64,000 bases of DNA from assembly GCA_038087875.1 (NCBI GenBank), contig JAXLNO010000620.1:1-64000 (forward strand). Direction: 5' to 3'. A program made the translations under genes and the position numbers. Origin of the DNA: Malacoraja senta (taxonomy: Eukaryota). A model generated the notes under the pieces. It searched no databases, was not told the DNA's origin, and was given only the letters and a program-made list of their open reading frames with translations. This document shows, piece by piece, positions 37,158 through 50,624 of the stretch (its first letter is position 1; the number at the start of each line of letters is the position of its first letter).

Positions 37158-39782
37158 TTATATTGATAATAAGCCTCTATTATCATTGTACTTAGAAATC
37201 CAACGAAATTAGGAGAGCTACTGCTCGTCCAAACACAGTAAAACACAGCCAATACGTTATTTAACCGCTTAAAATAGTAAATAAATTATAATTATCAAAC
37301 CTAGGTAGAACATTGCACTGGGAAAAGATTACACTTTAAAATGTAATAAATACTTTTAAAGATTTTTTTTTTAAATGAAGAAATACAAATACAAATACAA
37401 ATAGCCATTCGACCAGACAGAGGTTTGAACAAAATTTCGTTCCCTGCAGTCTTACAGTAAGATGAACATAAGACACAATTAGTACAGTTTCACACAAACA
37501 TCCATCACAGTGAATCTCCAAACACCTCCTCACTGTGATGGAAGGCAAAACGTCTTATCTCTTCCCTGTCCTTTGTTCTTCACCTGCGTCGAGGCGATCG
37601 AGGCTCCTGACGTTAAAGCCCCCCGGCGGGCGTTGGTAAGCCCCGCGGCCGATTACCGGGCAATGCAAGGCCCTGCGACAGGTTCAAACCCCGCGATTCG
37701 GGGCGGGCGAAGTTACATAGAAACATAGATACATGGAAAATAGGTGCAGGAGGAGGCCATTCGGCCCTTCGAGCCAGCACCGCCATTCAATGTGTGATCA
37801 TGGCTGATCGTCCCCAATCAATAACCCGTGCCTGCCTTCTCCCCATATCCCTTGACTCCACCAGCCCCTAGAGCTCTATCTAACTCTCTCTTAAATCCAT
37901 CCAGTGATTTGGCCTCCACTGCCCTCTGTGGCAGGGAATTCCACAAATTCACAACTCTCTGGGTGAAAAAGTTTTTTTCTCACCTCAGTCTTAAATGGCC
38001 TCCCCTTTATTCTAAGACTGTGGCCCCTTGGTTCTGGACTCGTCCATTGCGGCTGAGTTAGCTGAGTGGTCTGTTTTACAGTGGAATGGATGACAGCATT
38101 CTCATATTGTGTGGATATTTGAGGAATTTAGAGTTCTGATGGCCCAGGGAAAGAAATTGTTCTTGAGTCTGTTTGTCTGGCTGTTGACGCACCTATACCA
38201 CCTACCAGAGGGCAGGAGATTGAACAGGAACTGGCTAGGATGGTGGAGGGGAAGGGGGGGTATTTGATTATTTTCCTGGCTCTACAGAGCTGGAGAGTTT
38301 AGAAGAATGAGGGAGGGGGGGATCTCATTGAAACTTACTGAACAATGAAAGGCCTGTATAGGGTGAATTGTGGAGAGGATGTTTCCAGTAGTGGGAAGAG
38401 TCTAGGATCAGAGGGCACAGCCTTGGAATAAAAGGATGTACCTTTACAGTGGAGATAAGGAGGAATTTCTTTCGCCAGAATGTGGTGATTCTGTGGAATT
38501 CGTTGCTACAGACGGCTGTGGAGGCCAAATCATTGGGTATTTTTAAAGCAGAGATTGATACGGTCTTGATTAGTAAGGGCATCAAAGATTATGAGAGAAG
38601 GCAGGAGAATGGAGTTGAGAGGGAAGAAACAGATCAGCCATGATCAAATGGAAGAGCAGACTCGATGGGCCGAATGGCCTAAAAATGCTGCTCCTTTGTC
38701 TTATGGTCTTAGAGTGATACATTATGGAAACAGGCCCTTCGGCCAAACTTGCCCACACTGGCCAACATGTCCCAGCTGCACTCGTCCCACCTGCCAGCGT
38801 TTGGCCGATATCCCTCCAAATCTGGCCTATCCATGTACCTGTCTAACTGTTTCTTGAACATTGGGATAGTCCCAGCCTCAACTACCTCCTCTGGCAGCTT
38901 GAACCAAAAACCCACCATCCTTTGTGTGAAAAAGCTACCCCTCAGATTCCTTTTAAATCCTTTCATAAAAATATAGAAACATAGAAAATAGGTGCAGGAG
39001 GAGGCCATTCGGCCCTTCGAGCCAGCACCGCCATTCATTGTGATCATGGCTGCTCGTCCCCTATCAATAACCCGTGCCTGCCTTCTCCCCATATCCCTTG
39101 ATTCCACTAGCCCCTAGAGCTCTATCTAACTCTCTCTTAAATCCATCCAGTGATTTGGCCTCCACTGCCCTCTGTGGCAGGGAATTCCATAAATTCACAA
39201 CTCTCTGGGTGAAAACGTTTTTTCTCACCTCAGTCTTAAATGGCCTCCCCTTTATTCTAAGACTGTGGACCCTGGTTCTGGACTCGCCCAACATTGGGAA
39301 CATTTTTCCTGCATCTAGCTTGTCCAGTCCTTTTATAATTGTATATGTTTCTATAAGACCGCCCCCTCATCCTTCTAAACTCCAGTGAATACAAGCCTAG
39401 TCTTTTCAACCTTTCCTCATATGACAGTCCCGCCATCCCAGGGATCAATCTCGTGAACCTTTACCACTTGGTTCACCTACTCTGGGCAAGAAAATCTATG
39501 AGTCCATCCATCTGATCTATTCACCCCCTTGAGATTTAACAAGATCTGCAAGAGCATCCCTCATCCTCCTGCGCTCCAAGGAACATAGTCCCAGCCTGCT
39601 CAACCTCTCCCCGTAGCTCAGATCCGAACAACATCCTCGTAAATCTTCTCTGTACCCTCGCCAGCCTGACGAAGTCTGATTTGGGCTGAAGGGTCTGTTT
39701 CCACGCTGTACGTGACTACCTTACTCCATGTACGAAGAACCAGGTGAGAATTATTCATGAAAAACTATTTTTCATTTGGCAG

Positions 39783-39851
39783 AAGCCCCCAAAACATCGA
39801 CCAGCAAACCGCCGGAGACCAAAGCAACCCATTCCCCGGCTAAGAAAGCAG
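39783..39851 (+). CDS. Duplicated 69-nt stalk exon, copy 4 (EAPKTSTSKPPETKATHSPAKKA)
   Basis: Acceptor tatttttcatttggcag, donor CAG|GTGAGA, phase 1-1. Confidence 0.87.
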
Positions 39852-42103
39852 GTGAGAATGTCTGCATCTTATCAAGGCTGTTTCAATGAGAGACAATAGA
39901 CAATAGACAATAGGTGCAGGAGTAGGCCATTCGGCCCTTCGAGCCAGCACCGCCATTCAATGTGTGATCATGGCTGATCATCCACAATCAGTACCCCGTT
40001 CCTGCCTTCTCCCCATATCCCCTCACTCCGCTATCTTTAAGAGCCCTATCTACCTCTCTCTTGAAAGTATCCAGAGAAGCGGCCTCCACCGCCCTCTGAG
40101 GCAGAGAATTCCACAGACTCACCACTCTCTGTCTGAAAAAGTGTTTCCTCGTCTCCGTTCTAAATGGCTTACCCCCTTATTCTTAAATTGTGTGGCCCCT
40201 GGTTCTGGACTCCCCCAACATTGGGAACATGTTTCCTGCCTCTAGCGTGTCCAAACCCTTAATAATCTTATATGTTTCAATAAGATGCCCTCTCATCCTT
40301 CTAAACTCCAGAGTATACAAGCCCAGCCGCTCCATTCTCTCAGCATATGATAGTCCCGTCATCCTGGGAATTAACCTGGTGAACCTACGCTGCACTCCCG
40401 TAGAGACAGCACCCGTAGTCGGGATCGAACCCGACTTCAAGTGGTGTAAGGCAGCAACTCTACCATGGCGCGGTTGTCGTGGGCTCGATGGGCCGAAGGG
40501 CCTGTTTTCGTGTTATGATTCAATGAAATTATAACCATGTGATGGACCGTTAACTATCTCTATCTCTTTAGTAGATCTTCCAAAAGCAACTGTTGCCGCA
40601 GTATACCGGGCGAGTACACAGCCCACCACCAAACTGGAAACAGGTACAGTCTGAAGAAGGGTCTCGACACAAAACATCACCCATTCCTCCTCTCCAGAGA
40701 TGCCGCCTGTCCCGCTGAGTTACTCCAGCTATTTGTGTCAACCTTCGGTTTAAACCAGCATCCACAGTTCCTTCCTACACAAAGAAAGTAGAGGCTGGAA
40801 ATAGACACAATAAAAAACATAGAAAGCAGGTGCAGGAGGAGGCCATTCGGCCCTTCGAGCCAGCACCGCCATTCATTGTGATCATGGCTGATCGTCCCCA
40901 ATCCTCTCATCCTTCTAAACTCCAGAATATACATCAGGGGAATAGATCGGGTAGACGCACAGAGTCTCTTGCCCAGAGTAGAGGAATCAAAATCCTGAGG
41001 ATATAGTTTTAAGGTGAGGGGGAGGAGGTGGGAGGAGGGGGGGGGGTGGGGGAGAAGATTTCATAGAAACATGAGGGGTGATGAGAATGCAGGGTGACTT
41101 GGACAGGTTGGGGGAGTGGGCAGATGCATGGCAGATGCAGTTTAATGCGGATAAGTGTGAGGTTATCCACTTTGATAGCAAAAACAGGAAGGCAGATTAC
41201 TATCTAAATGGTGTCAAGTTGGGAAAAGGGGAAGTACAACGGGATCTGGGGGTCCTTGTACATCAGTCTATGAAAGTAAGCATGCAGGTACAGCAGGCAG
41301 TGAAGAAAGCGAATGGCATGTTGGCCTTTATAACAAGAGGAATCGAATATAGGAGCAAAGAGGTCCTTTTGCAGTTGTACAGAGCCCTAGTGAGACCACA
41401 CCTGGGGTATTGTGTGCAGTTTTGGTCTCCTAATTTGAGGAAGGACATCCTTGCTATTGAGGGAGTGCAGCGTAGGTTTACGAGGTTAATTCCCGGGATG
41501 GCAGAACTGTCATATGCTGAGAGAATGGAGCGGCTGGGCTTGTATACTCTGGAGTTTAGAAGGATGAGAGGGAATCTTATTGAAACATTTCAAATTATTA
41601 AGGGATTATTCACGCTAGAGGCAGGAAACATGTTCCCGATGTTGGGGGAGTCCAGAACCAGGGGCCACAGTTTAAGAATAAGGGGTTGGCCATTTAGAAC
41701 GGATAGGAGGAAAAACCTTTCACCCAGAGAGTTGTGAGTCTGTGGAATTCTCTGCGTCAGAAGGCAGTGGAGGCCGGTTCTCTGGATACTTCCAAGAGAG
41801 AGCTAGATAGGGCTCTTAAAGATGACGGAGTCAAGGGTATATATGGGGAGAAGGCAGGAACAGGGTACTGATTGTGGATGATCAGCCATGATCACATTGA
41901 ATGGCGGTGCTGGATCGAAGGGCCGAATGGCCAACACCTGCACCTGTTGTCTATTGTGAAGCATTTATAAAGACCACCCTGTAAAGAGGAAAGGAAGGCT
42001 TACAACTTCTGTGATCTTTTACATTGGGGCAGTCTGCAGTTGTGGCATCCATTCAGTGTTACTCCACAAGTGAAAGCCAAGAGACTCAACTCTGTGGCCC
42101 ACT

Positions 42104-42494
42104 CAGAGCCGGATTTACCATTAGACTTCATCGGTTGAAGCCTTGGGCCTCGAAATCTAGGGGGCCTGCGGTCAAGGTGTGTAATATTTTTGACACTGTC
42201 ATAGGCCTTTCTTACATATGCTGTCACAACACACTGTAGTCTCTAAACAACCCTTCAGTAATTTTCCTTGCCCTCCATTTCAGAATAATAGTGTTTTAAG
42301 CCGATAACTCGACACTAGCACTGGCAATAAATAAAAAGCGCGTCTTTCCAGCTCCTTATCTCATTGGCCACGCTTCGCTGCAAATCGGTGTCAATCTCAT
42401 GGATCATCTTCCTCTAGTCGTGGGGGTGGGGGATTGGGGAGGGGCCTCACAAGTGGAACAGCCTCGGGCCTCTCTTCATCTAAATCCGGCCCTG
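42104..42494. mobile_element. hAT-type non-autonomous DNA transposon
   Basis: TIR CAG(A/G)GCCGGATTTA, direct repeat TGGCCCAC(T) on both sides. Confidence 0.75.
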
Positions 42495-42526
42495 TGGCCC
42501 ACTAAACCTTTGTCTATTTTTCTCAG

Positions 42527-42601
42527 AGCTCCCCGAAGCGTTGGTCGACCGTGAGTGGGTGGAGGTCCCGAACGGAGAGAAGGCGAACATGTCGGGAGGA
42601 G
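42527..42601 (+). CDS. Stalk exon, 75 nt (ELPEALVDREWVEVPNGEKANMSGG); an alternative in-frame donor after 42550 would give 24 nt
   Basis: Acceptor ctttgtctatttttctcag; donors GAG|GTAAAG (42602) and ACC|GTGAGT (42551), both phase 1. Confidence 0.62.
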
Positions 42602-43481
42602 GTAAAGACGGGACTGAAGACGGGATGGGATGTTCCCACTAGTGGGAGAGTCTCGGACTAGAGGGCACAGCCTCAGAATTAAAGGACGTTCTTTTAGGAA
42701 GGAGACGAGTAGAAATTTCTTTAGTCGGACGGACTGCGGGAGGAAAACGAAGGTCTCGGAGAAAACCCACGCAGGTCACGGGGAGAATGCGCAAACTCCG
42801 CGCAGGATGTGGGAGGAAACCAGAGTACCAGGAGAAAACTCACACGGTTAACATGCAAACTCCACATGGGCAGCACCTGAGATCAGGATTGAACCCAGGT
42901 CTCTGGTGCCCATAAGTCCGTAACTTGCAGGAGCAGAATTCGTCCATTCGGCCCATCAAGTCTATTCCGTTATTCAATCATGGCAGATGTATCTTCCCTC
43001 TCAACCGCATTCTCCTGCCTTCTCTTCATAATTCCACCAGTGGCAGAGTCTAGGACTAGAGGACATAACCTCAGAATTAAAGGGCATTCCTTTAGGAAGG
43101 AGATGAAGAGGAATTTCTTCAGTCAGAAGGTCGTGAATCTGTGGGATTCTTTGCCACAGAAGGCAATAGACAATAGACAATAGCCAATAGGTGCAGGAGT
43201 AGGCCATTTGGCCCTTCGAGCCAGCAGCGCCATTCAACGTGATCTTGACTGATCATCCCCAATCAGTACCCCGTTCCTGCCTTCTCCCCGTATCCCCTGA
43301 CTCCGCTATCTTTAAGAGCCCTATCTAGCTCTCTCTTGAAAGCATCCAGAGAACCGGCCTCCACCGCCCACTGAGGCAGAGAAGGCTGTGGAGGCCAAGT
43401 CAGTGGATATGTTTTAGGCAGAGATAGATACATCTTTGATTAGTACGGGTGTCAGGGGTTATGAGGAGAAGGCAGGAGAAT

Positions 43482-43720
43482 GTTTTTCTTTGTATCAAAA
43501 AATAATTTATTTAGTTTCAACACGATACAAAAAACAAAACCGTGGTGACATCCCCACCGCCTTGTTACAAAATCATCAAACAACCATGTTACAAATATTC
43601 GAATAACTTCTATACAACCCCGGTAAAGGGGCAAGCATCTGGCTCGGGCAATGCCATCTTCCGCCTGGCGCCGTGACTCATGGATGTCCAGCTTGGCCAG
43701 GCCTAGGAGCAACCAAAGCA
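43482..43720 (-). mobile_element. Probable Tx1/L1-clade LINE 3' end
   Basis: LLGLAKLDIHESRRQA...CLPLYRG resembles Tx1-type ORF2 C-termini (by recognition, not by search); AATAAA and A-rich end on the minus strand. Confidence 0.5.
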
Positions 43721-46700
43721 GGACATAAGCATGCAGGTACAGCAGGCAGTGAAGAAAGCGAATGGCATGTTGGCCTTTATAACAAGAGGAATCGAATATA
43801 GGAGCAAAGAGGTCGTTCTGGAGTTCTACAGAGCCCTAGTGAGCCCACACCTGGAGTATTGTGTGCAGTTTTGGTCCCCTAATTTGAGGAAAGACATTCT
43901 TGCTATTGAGGGAGTGCAGCGTAGGTTTACAAGGTTAATTCCCGGGATGGCGGGACTGTCATATGCTGAGAGAATGGAGCGGCTGGGCTTGTACACTCTG
44001 GAGTTTAGAAGGATGGGAGGGAATCTCATTGAAACATGTAAGATTGTTAAGGGCTTGGACACGCTAGAGGCAGGAAACATGTTCCCGATGTTGGGGGAGT
44101 CCAGAACCAGGGGCCACACAGTTTAAGAATAAGGAGTAAGCCATTTAGAACGGAGACGAGGAAACACTTCTTCTCACAGAGAGTGGTGAGCCTGTGGAAT
44201 TCTCTGCCTCAGAGGGCGGTGGAGGCCGGTTCTCTGGATGCTTTCAAGAGAGAGCTGGATAGGGCTCTTAATGATAGTGGAGTCAGGGGATATGGGGAGA
44301 AGGCAGGAACGGGGTACTGATTGGGGATGATCACATTGAATGGCGGTGCTGGCTCGAAGGGCCAAATGGCCTACTCCTGCACCTGTTGTCTATTGTCTAT
44401 TGTCTATTGACATCTTTGGCCCTGCCCACTTCCTAGATCCCGTCACCAGTCCTCCGGTCGCTGACAGCAGAGCCGCTCCTCCCTCTTCGGACCACTAGAT
44501 GGTGCTCTTTGCCCTCCTGACCCTGGCTGGATTCCACTGGTCCCTCAGGAGAATGGGGTTAGGGGGGAGAGTTGGATCAGCCATGGCGGAGTCGCCTTGA
44601 AGGGCCGAATGGCCTAATTCCACTCCTATTCCTTATGACCTTAACCTTTCCCTCCTTCTGCCTTAAGGGCCTGTCCCACTTAGAAACATAGAAACAGAAA
44701 ATAGGTGCAGGAGGAGGCCATTCGGCCCTTCGAGCCATTCATTGTGATCATGGCTGATCGTCCCCTATCAATAACCCGTTCCTGCCTTCTCCCCATATCC
44801 CTTGATTCCACCAGCCCCTAGAGCTCTATCTAACTCTCTCTTTAATCCATCCAGTGACTTGGCCTCCACTGCCCTCTGTGGCAGGGAATTCCACAAACAC
44901 TTACGCGACTTTTTCGGCAACTGCCGGCACCCGTCGTAGGTCGCTGAAAATTTTCAACGTGTTGAGAATTCGTCGGCGACCAGAAGGACGCTACGACTCT
45001 TTGGGCGACTGAGGAGAGAGACGACTCACGACCATACAGGCGACACCCTGGCGACATGTCGTGGGGTGAAGCCTGTATGGTCGTGAGTAGTCGCCCAAAG
45101 GGTCGTACCTTGTTCTGGTCGACGCTGGATTTTCAACATGGTGGAAAATTTCGGCGACCTGCAGTTGGCGAAAAAGTCGCGTAAGCAGGACAGGCCCTTT
45201 AAGAAATTAATAGATGTCCATGCAGAGGGTGGGGGCGGACATGTGTGGACTGTCATGCTTGGTCTGCACCAGTTTCGTATATATGTAGTTTAATCTATTA
45301 TTGTCACGTGTACTGAGGCACAGTGAAAAAGCATTATTGTCGGCGTTTGCTATCCAGTTAGCGGAAAGACCACTCACCCTTACAATCGAGCTGTCCACAG
45401 TGCACAGATACAGGACAACCCGTAACGTCACCCATTCCTTCTATCCAGAGATGCTGCCTTTCCCGCTGAGTTACTCCAGCATTTTGTGTCGATAAATGGA
45501 AGATTCAAGATTCAAGAGAGTTTATTGTCATGTGTCCCTGATAGGACAATGAAATTCTTGCTTTGCTTCAGCACAACAGAATATAGTAGGCATGAATACA
45601 GAACAGATCAGTGTGTCCATATACTATTATATAAATATATACACACATGAATAAATAAACTGATCAAGTGCAAATAACAGATAATGGGCTATTAATGTTC
45701 ATAGAAACATTGAAACATAGACAATAGGTGCAGGAGTAGGCCATTCGGCCCTTCGAGCCTGCATCGCCATTCAATATGACCATGGCTGATCATCCAATTC
45801 AGTATCCTGTACCTGCCTTCTCTCCATACCCCCTGATCCCTTTAGCCACAAGGGCCACATCTAACTCCCTCTTAAATATAGCCAATGAACTGGCCTCAAC
45901 TACCTTCTGTGGCAGAGAATTCCACAGATTCACCACTCTCTGTGTGAAAAAGGTTTTCTCATCTCGGTCCGAAAAGACTTCCCCCTTATCCTTAAACTGT
46001 GACCCCTTGTTCTGGACTTCCCAAACATCGGGAACAATCTTCCTGCATTTAGCCTGTCCAACCCCTTAAGAATCTTGTAAGTTTCTATAAGATCCCCCCT
46101 CAATCTACTAAATTCTAGCGAGTACAAGCCGAGTCTATCCAGTCTTTCTTCATAAGAAAGTCCTGCCATCTCAGGAATCAGTCTGGTGAATATTCTCTGT
46201 ACTCCCTCTATGGCAAGAATGTCTTTCCTCAGATTTGGTGACCAAAACTGTATGCAATACTCCAGGTGTTCAGAGTTTTGTCCGAGCCAAGTTTAATAGC
46301 CTGATGGCTGTGGGGAAGTAGCTATTCCTGAAGGTACACAAAAATGCTGGAGAAACTCAGTGGGTGCAGCAGCATCTATGGAGCGAAGGAAATAGGCAAC
46401 GTTTCGGGCCGAAACCCTTCTTCAGACTGACCTAGTCTTTTTGTTTAATCCGGTAAAGTCCGATTAAAGATTGTCCGAGGGTATCCATTGAGGTAGATGG
46501 GAGGTCAGGACCACTCTCTAGTTGGTGAGAGGACGGTTCAGTTGCCTGATAACAGCGGGGAATAAACTGTCCCTGAATCTCGAGGTGTGTGCGTTTGTTT
46601 TCACACTTCGGGGATCTGAACGGACTTTTTCTCTCCCACATGTCTTTCAACGGAAATTCAGGGCGTTCTGCTGCAACCTGTTAGAAGTGTTCGCACGAAA

Positions 46701-47211
46701 CTTCGTGTTCATAAGTGATAGGAGCAGAATTAGGTAATTCGGCCCATCAAGTCTATTCCGCCATTCAATCATGGCTGATCTATCTCTCCATCCTAACCCC
46801 ATTCTCCTGCCTTCTCCCCATAACCACTGACACGTCTACTCAGTCACGGTGGCGCAGCGGTAGAGTTGCTGCCTTACAGCGAATGCAGCGCCAGAGACCC
46901 GGGTTCGATCCCGACTACGGGCGCTGTCTGTGCGGAGTTTGCACGTTCCCCCCTTGACCTGCGTGGGTTTTCTCCGAGATCTTCGGTTTCCTCCCACACC
47001 CCAAAGACGTGCAGATTTGTAGGTTAATTGGCTTGGTAAATGTAAACATTGACCCTAAGATAGTGTTAATGTGCAGGGATCGCTGGTCGGCTCGGGCCGA
47101 AGGGCCTGTTTCCGTTCTGTATCTCTAAACTAAACTAAACTAATCAACAATCTATCAATGTCCACCTTATGAACTTGGACGCTTATGTAAAAATGTGCTG
47201 CTGTTTTTGTT

Positions 47212-47692
47212 TAAGAAGGAACTGCAGATGCTGGAAAATCGAAGGTAGATAAAAATGCTGGAGAAACTCAGCGGGTGAGGCAGCATCTATGGAGCGAAGG
47301 AAATAGGCAACGTTTCGGGCCGAAACCCTTCTTCAGACTGATGTGAGTGTGGGGGGGGAAGAAGAAAGGAAGAGGAGGAGCCCGAGGGCTGAAGGGAGAG
47401 CTGAGAAGGGTTGGAGAAAGCAGGGACTACCTGAAATTAGAGAAGTCAATGTTCGTCCCGCTGGGGTGCAAACTGCCCAAGCGAAATATGAGGTGCTGCT
47501 CCTCCAATTTCCGGTGGTCCTCACTCTGAACATGGAGGAGGCCCGGGCCTCATCCTCTTCCTTTCTTCTACCTGCCCCCCTCCCCCCCCACCCTCACATC
47601 AGTCTGAAGAAGGGTCTCGACCTGAAACGTTGCTAATTTCCTTTGCTCCATAGATGCTGCCTCACCCGCTGAGTTTCTCCAGCATTTTTGTC
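47212..47692. mobile_element. Second foldback Penelope-like insertion
   Basis: Minus arm about 47212-47545 joined to plus arm about 47553-47692. Confidence 0.72.
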
Positions 47693-47817
47693 TCCCTGCT
47701 GATAATTGTATCAGTAGGGATGGGTAAATGATGGCTAGCACGGATAGGCTGGGCTGAAGGGCCTGCTTCTGTGCTGTCTGCCTCGATGGCGTTGTGACTC
47801 TTATCTTCTTCCAACAG

Positions 47818-47889
47818 GTCTGATGCAAACCACTGTCGCTAACCAGCTGGGGACCTCAATACCTCAGCCGATGAACAAAACGGAATCAG
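47818..47889 (+). CDS. Stalk exon, 72 nt (GLMQTTVANQLGTSIPQPMNKTES)
   Basis: Acceptor ctcttatcttcttccaacag, donor CAG|GTATTA, phase 1-1. Confidence 0.78.
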
Positions 47890-50624
47890 GTATTAGTGGT
47901 ATTCAGTTCTGGTATTCAGTTTTGCCAGAGGAAAGATGTTGTCAAGCTGGAAAGGGTACGGGGAAGATATACGAGGATGTTGCCAGGACTAGAGAGTCTG
48001 AGCTACAGACAATAAACAATAGGTGCAGGAGTAGGCCGTTCGGCCCTTTGAGCCAGCACTGCCACTCACTGTGATCATGGCTGATCATCCCCAATCAGGA
48101 CCCCGTTCCTGCCTTCTCCCCATATCCCCTGACTCCGCTATTTTTTAAGAGATCTATCTAACTCTCTCTTGAAAGCATCCAGAGAATTGGCCTCCTGAGG
48201 CAGAGAATTCCACAGATTCACAACTCTCTGGGTGAAAAAGTGTTTCCTCGTCTCCGCTCTAAATGGCCTACCCCTTATTCTTAAACTGTGTGGCCCCTGG
48301 TTCTGGACTCCCCCAACATCGGGAACATGTTTCCTGCCTCTAGCATGTCAAATCCCTTAATAATCTTATATGTTTCAATAAAATCCCCTCTCATCCTAAA
48401 TTCCAGTGTATACAAGCCCAGTCGCTCCATTCTATCAACATATGACAGTCCCGCCATCCCAGGAATTAACCTTGTAAATCTACGCTGCACTCCCTCAATA
48501 GCAAGAATGTCCTTCCTCAAATTTGGAGACTCGGTTCATCATAAAGGGAGAAGTTAAGCAGGCTGAGACTCTATTCCTTGAAGCGCAGGAGGATTTGGGG
48601 TGATCTTGTAGAGGTGTATAAAATCATGAGAGGATTAGATTGGGCAGATGCACAGAGTCTCTTGCCCAGAGTAGGTGAGTCGAGGACCAGAGGACATAGG
48701 TTTAAGGTGAAGGGAAAAGGTTTAATAGGATATCCGAGGGGTAACGTTTTCACACAGAGGGTGGTGGGTGTATGGAACAAGCTGCCAGAGGAGGTAGTTG
48801 AGGCAGGGACTATCCCATCGTTTAAGAAACAGTTGGACAGTTACATGGATAGGACAGGTTTGGAGGGATATGGACCAAACGCGGGCAGGTGGGACTAGTG
48901 TAGCTGGGCCAGTGTAGGCAAGTTGGGCCGAAGGGCCTGTTTCCACGGCGTATCACTATGACTCTAATAATATCGTGCCTTCACAGTGCAGCAGGTAGTG
49001 CTGCTGTTTCACAGCTCCAACGAACCAAAGTTCAAACGCGACCTCCTGCGCTGCCAGTGTGGAGTTTGCACGTTCTCCCTCTGATCTCGGTAGTTTGCCC
49101 CAGGTGCGGGTTTGTAGGTTCAGTGGCCGCTGAAAATTACCCTCACTTTGCGTCAGTGGGTTTGGATTTTTTAGTTTTGTGTCGAGATACAGCCCCTGAA
49201 CAGGCCCTTCGGCCCACCGTGTCCGCACCGCCCAGCGATCACCCCGCACACTTATGGGCCTGTCCCACTGAGGCGACTCTTTAGGCGACTGCCAGGGACT
49301 AATTTTAAGGGCCTGTCCCACCTGCCGATTTTTTTCAGCGACTGCTGACATCATTGACTGAGGTATCAGGTCACCGAAACATTCGCAGCGTGATGACGTA
49401 TTGACCCCGTGCGGTGTTTTTTCACGTGTCGCGACATGTTTTTTGTCGCCGCTGGATTTTTGAAATGTTCAAAATGTTTTGGCGACTGATATGACGCCAG
49501 CAGTCGCCAAAAAAATCGCCAAGTGGGACAGGCCCTTTAATGGAATTCACCTACGACACCTGGCGACAACCTACGACAATCTACGTCAACCTACGACAAC
49601 CTACGACAGCAAAATTGTCGCCGAAAATGTTTCATCGTTGAAAATTTTGCGACAGTCGCCTGTCATCGCACAAACAATCACCTGAGGCCCATAACACTAT
49701 CCTACACACACTAAGGGCAATTTTACAGTTATGCCAAGCCAACTAGAAAGCTGTAGGTCTTTAGGGTGTGGGAGGAAACCGAAGAACTCGGAGAAAACCC
49801 ATGCAGGTCACGGGGAGATCGTACAAACTCTGTACAGACAAGCACCTGTAGTTGGGATCGAACCCGGGTCTCTGGCGCTGTGAGGCAGCAACTCCACCGG
49901 TGATTGCCTGAGCCACAGAGTGTCCGGTGGGTGGTCTGCCTTCAACGTTCATTCCACCGACCGATTTCAAAAGGACCACAATGAAATGAATTGCAGAGGA
50001 GGGTTGCAAAGTGCTGACACAGCTTTAAAAAAAACCATGACTAATACTATCAACCAGGGTTGAATTTCCTTTTCATTAAATTTGTTTTAGTTAATGGCTT
50101 GAATTTAAATTCCCTAGTTGTTGTGGTGGGATGTGAACTCTCATCTCTACCAGCTCAGAAATGTAACCCTTTGCTATCGAACCCTTGGATGAGGATGTTG
50201 GCATCTGATTTTCGTCCCTTATTTTCCTCTCTCTCTTGGCTCCTCTGATTTACAAGACTCTGTGAATCACTTTCCCTCCCTCTATACAGCAGGCTGGCGC
50301 ACCGGTAAAGTTGCTGCCTCACAGCGCCGGAGACCCGGGTTCGATCCTGACCACGGGGTGCTGTCCGTAAGGAGTTTGTACTTTCTCCCCGTGGGTATTC
50401 CTCTGGTTTCCTCCCAAACTCCCAAGAAACATATAAGATTATTAAGGGTTTGGACACGCTAGAGGCAGGAAACATGTTCCCGATGTTGGGGGAGTCCAGA
50501 ACCAGGGGCCACACAGTTTAAGAAAAAGGGGTAAGCCATTTAGAACGGAGACGAGGAAACATATTTTCTCACAGAGAGTTGTGCGTCTGTGGAATTCTCT
50601 GCCTCAGAGGCCGGTGGAGGCCGG

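Noticed and set aside
27800..39851. Regularly spaced repeats as a CRISPR-like or recombination-cassette array
   Set aside because: Eukaryotic context. The units are spliceable coding exons separated by kilobases of transposons, with no recombination signal sequences or cas genes.
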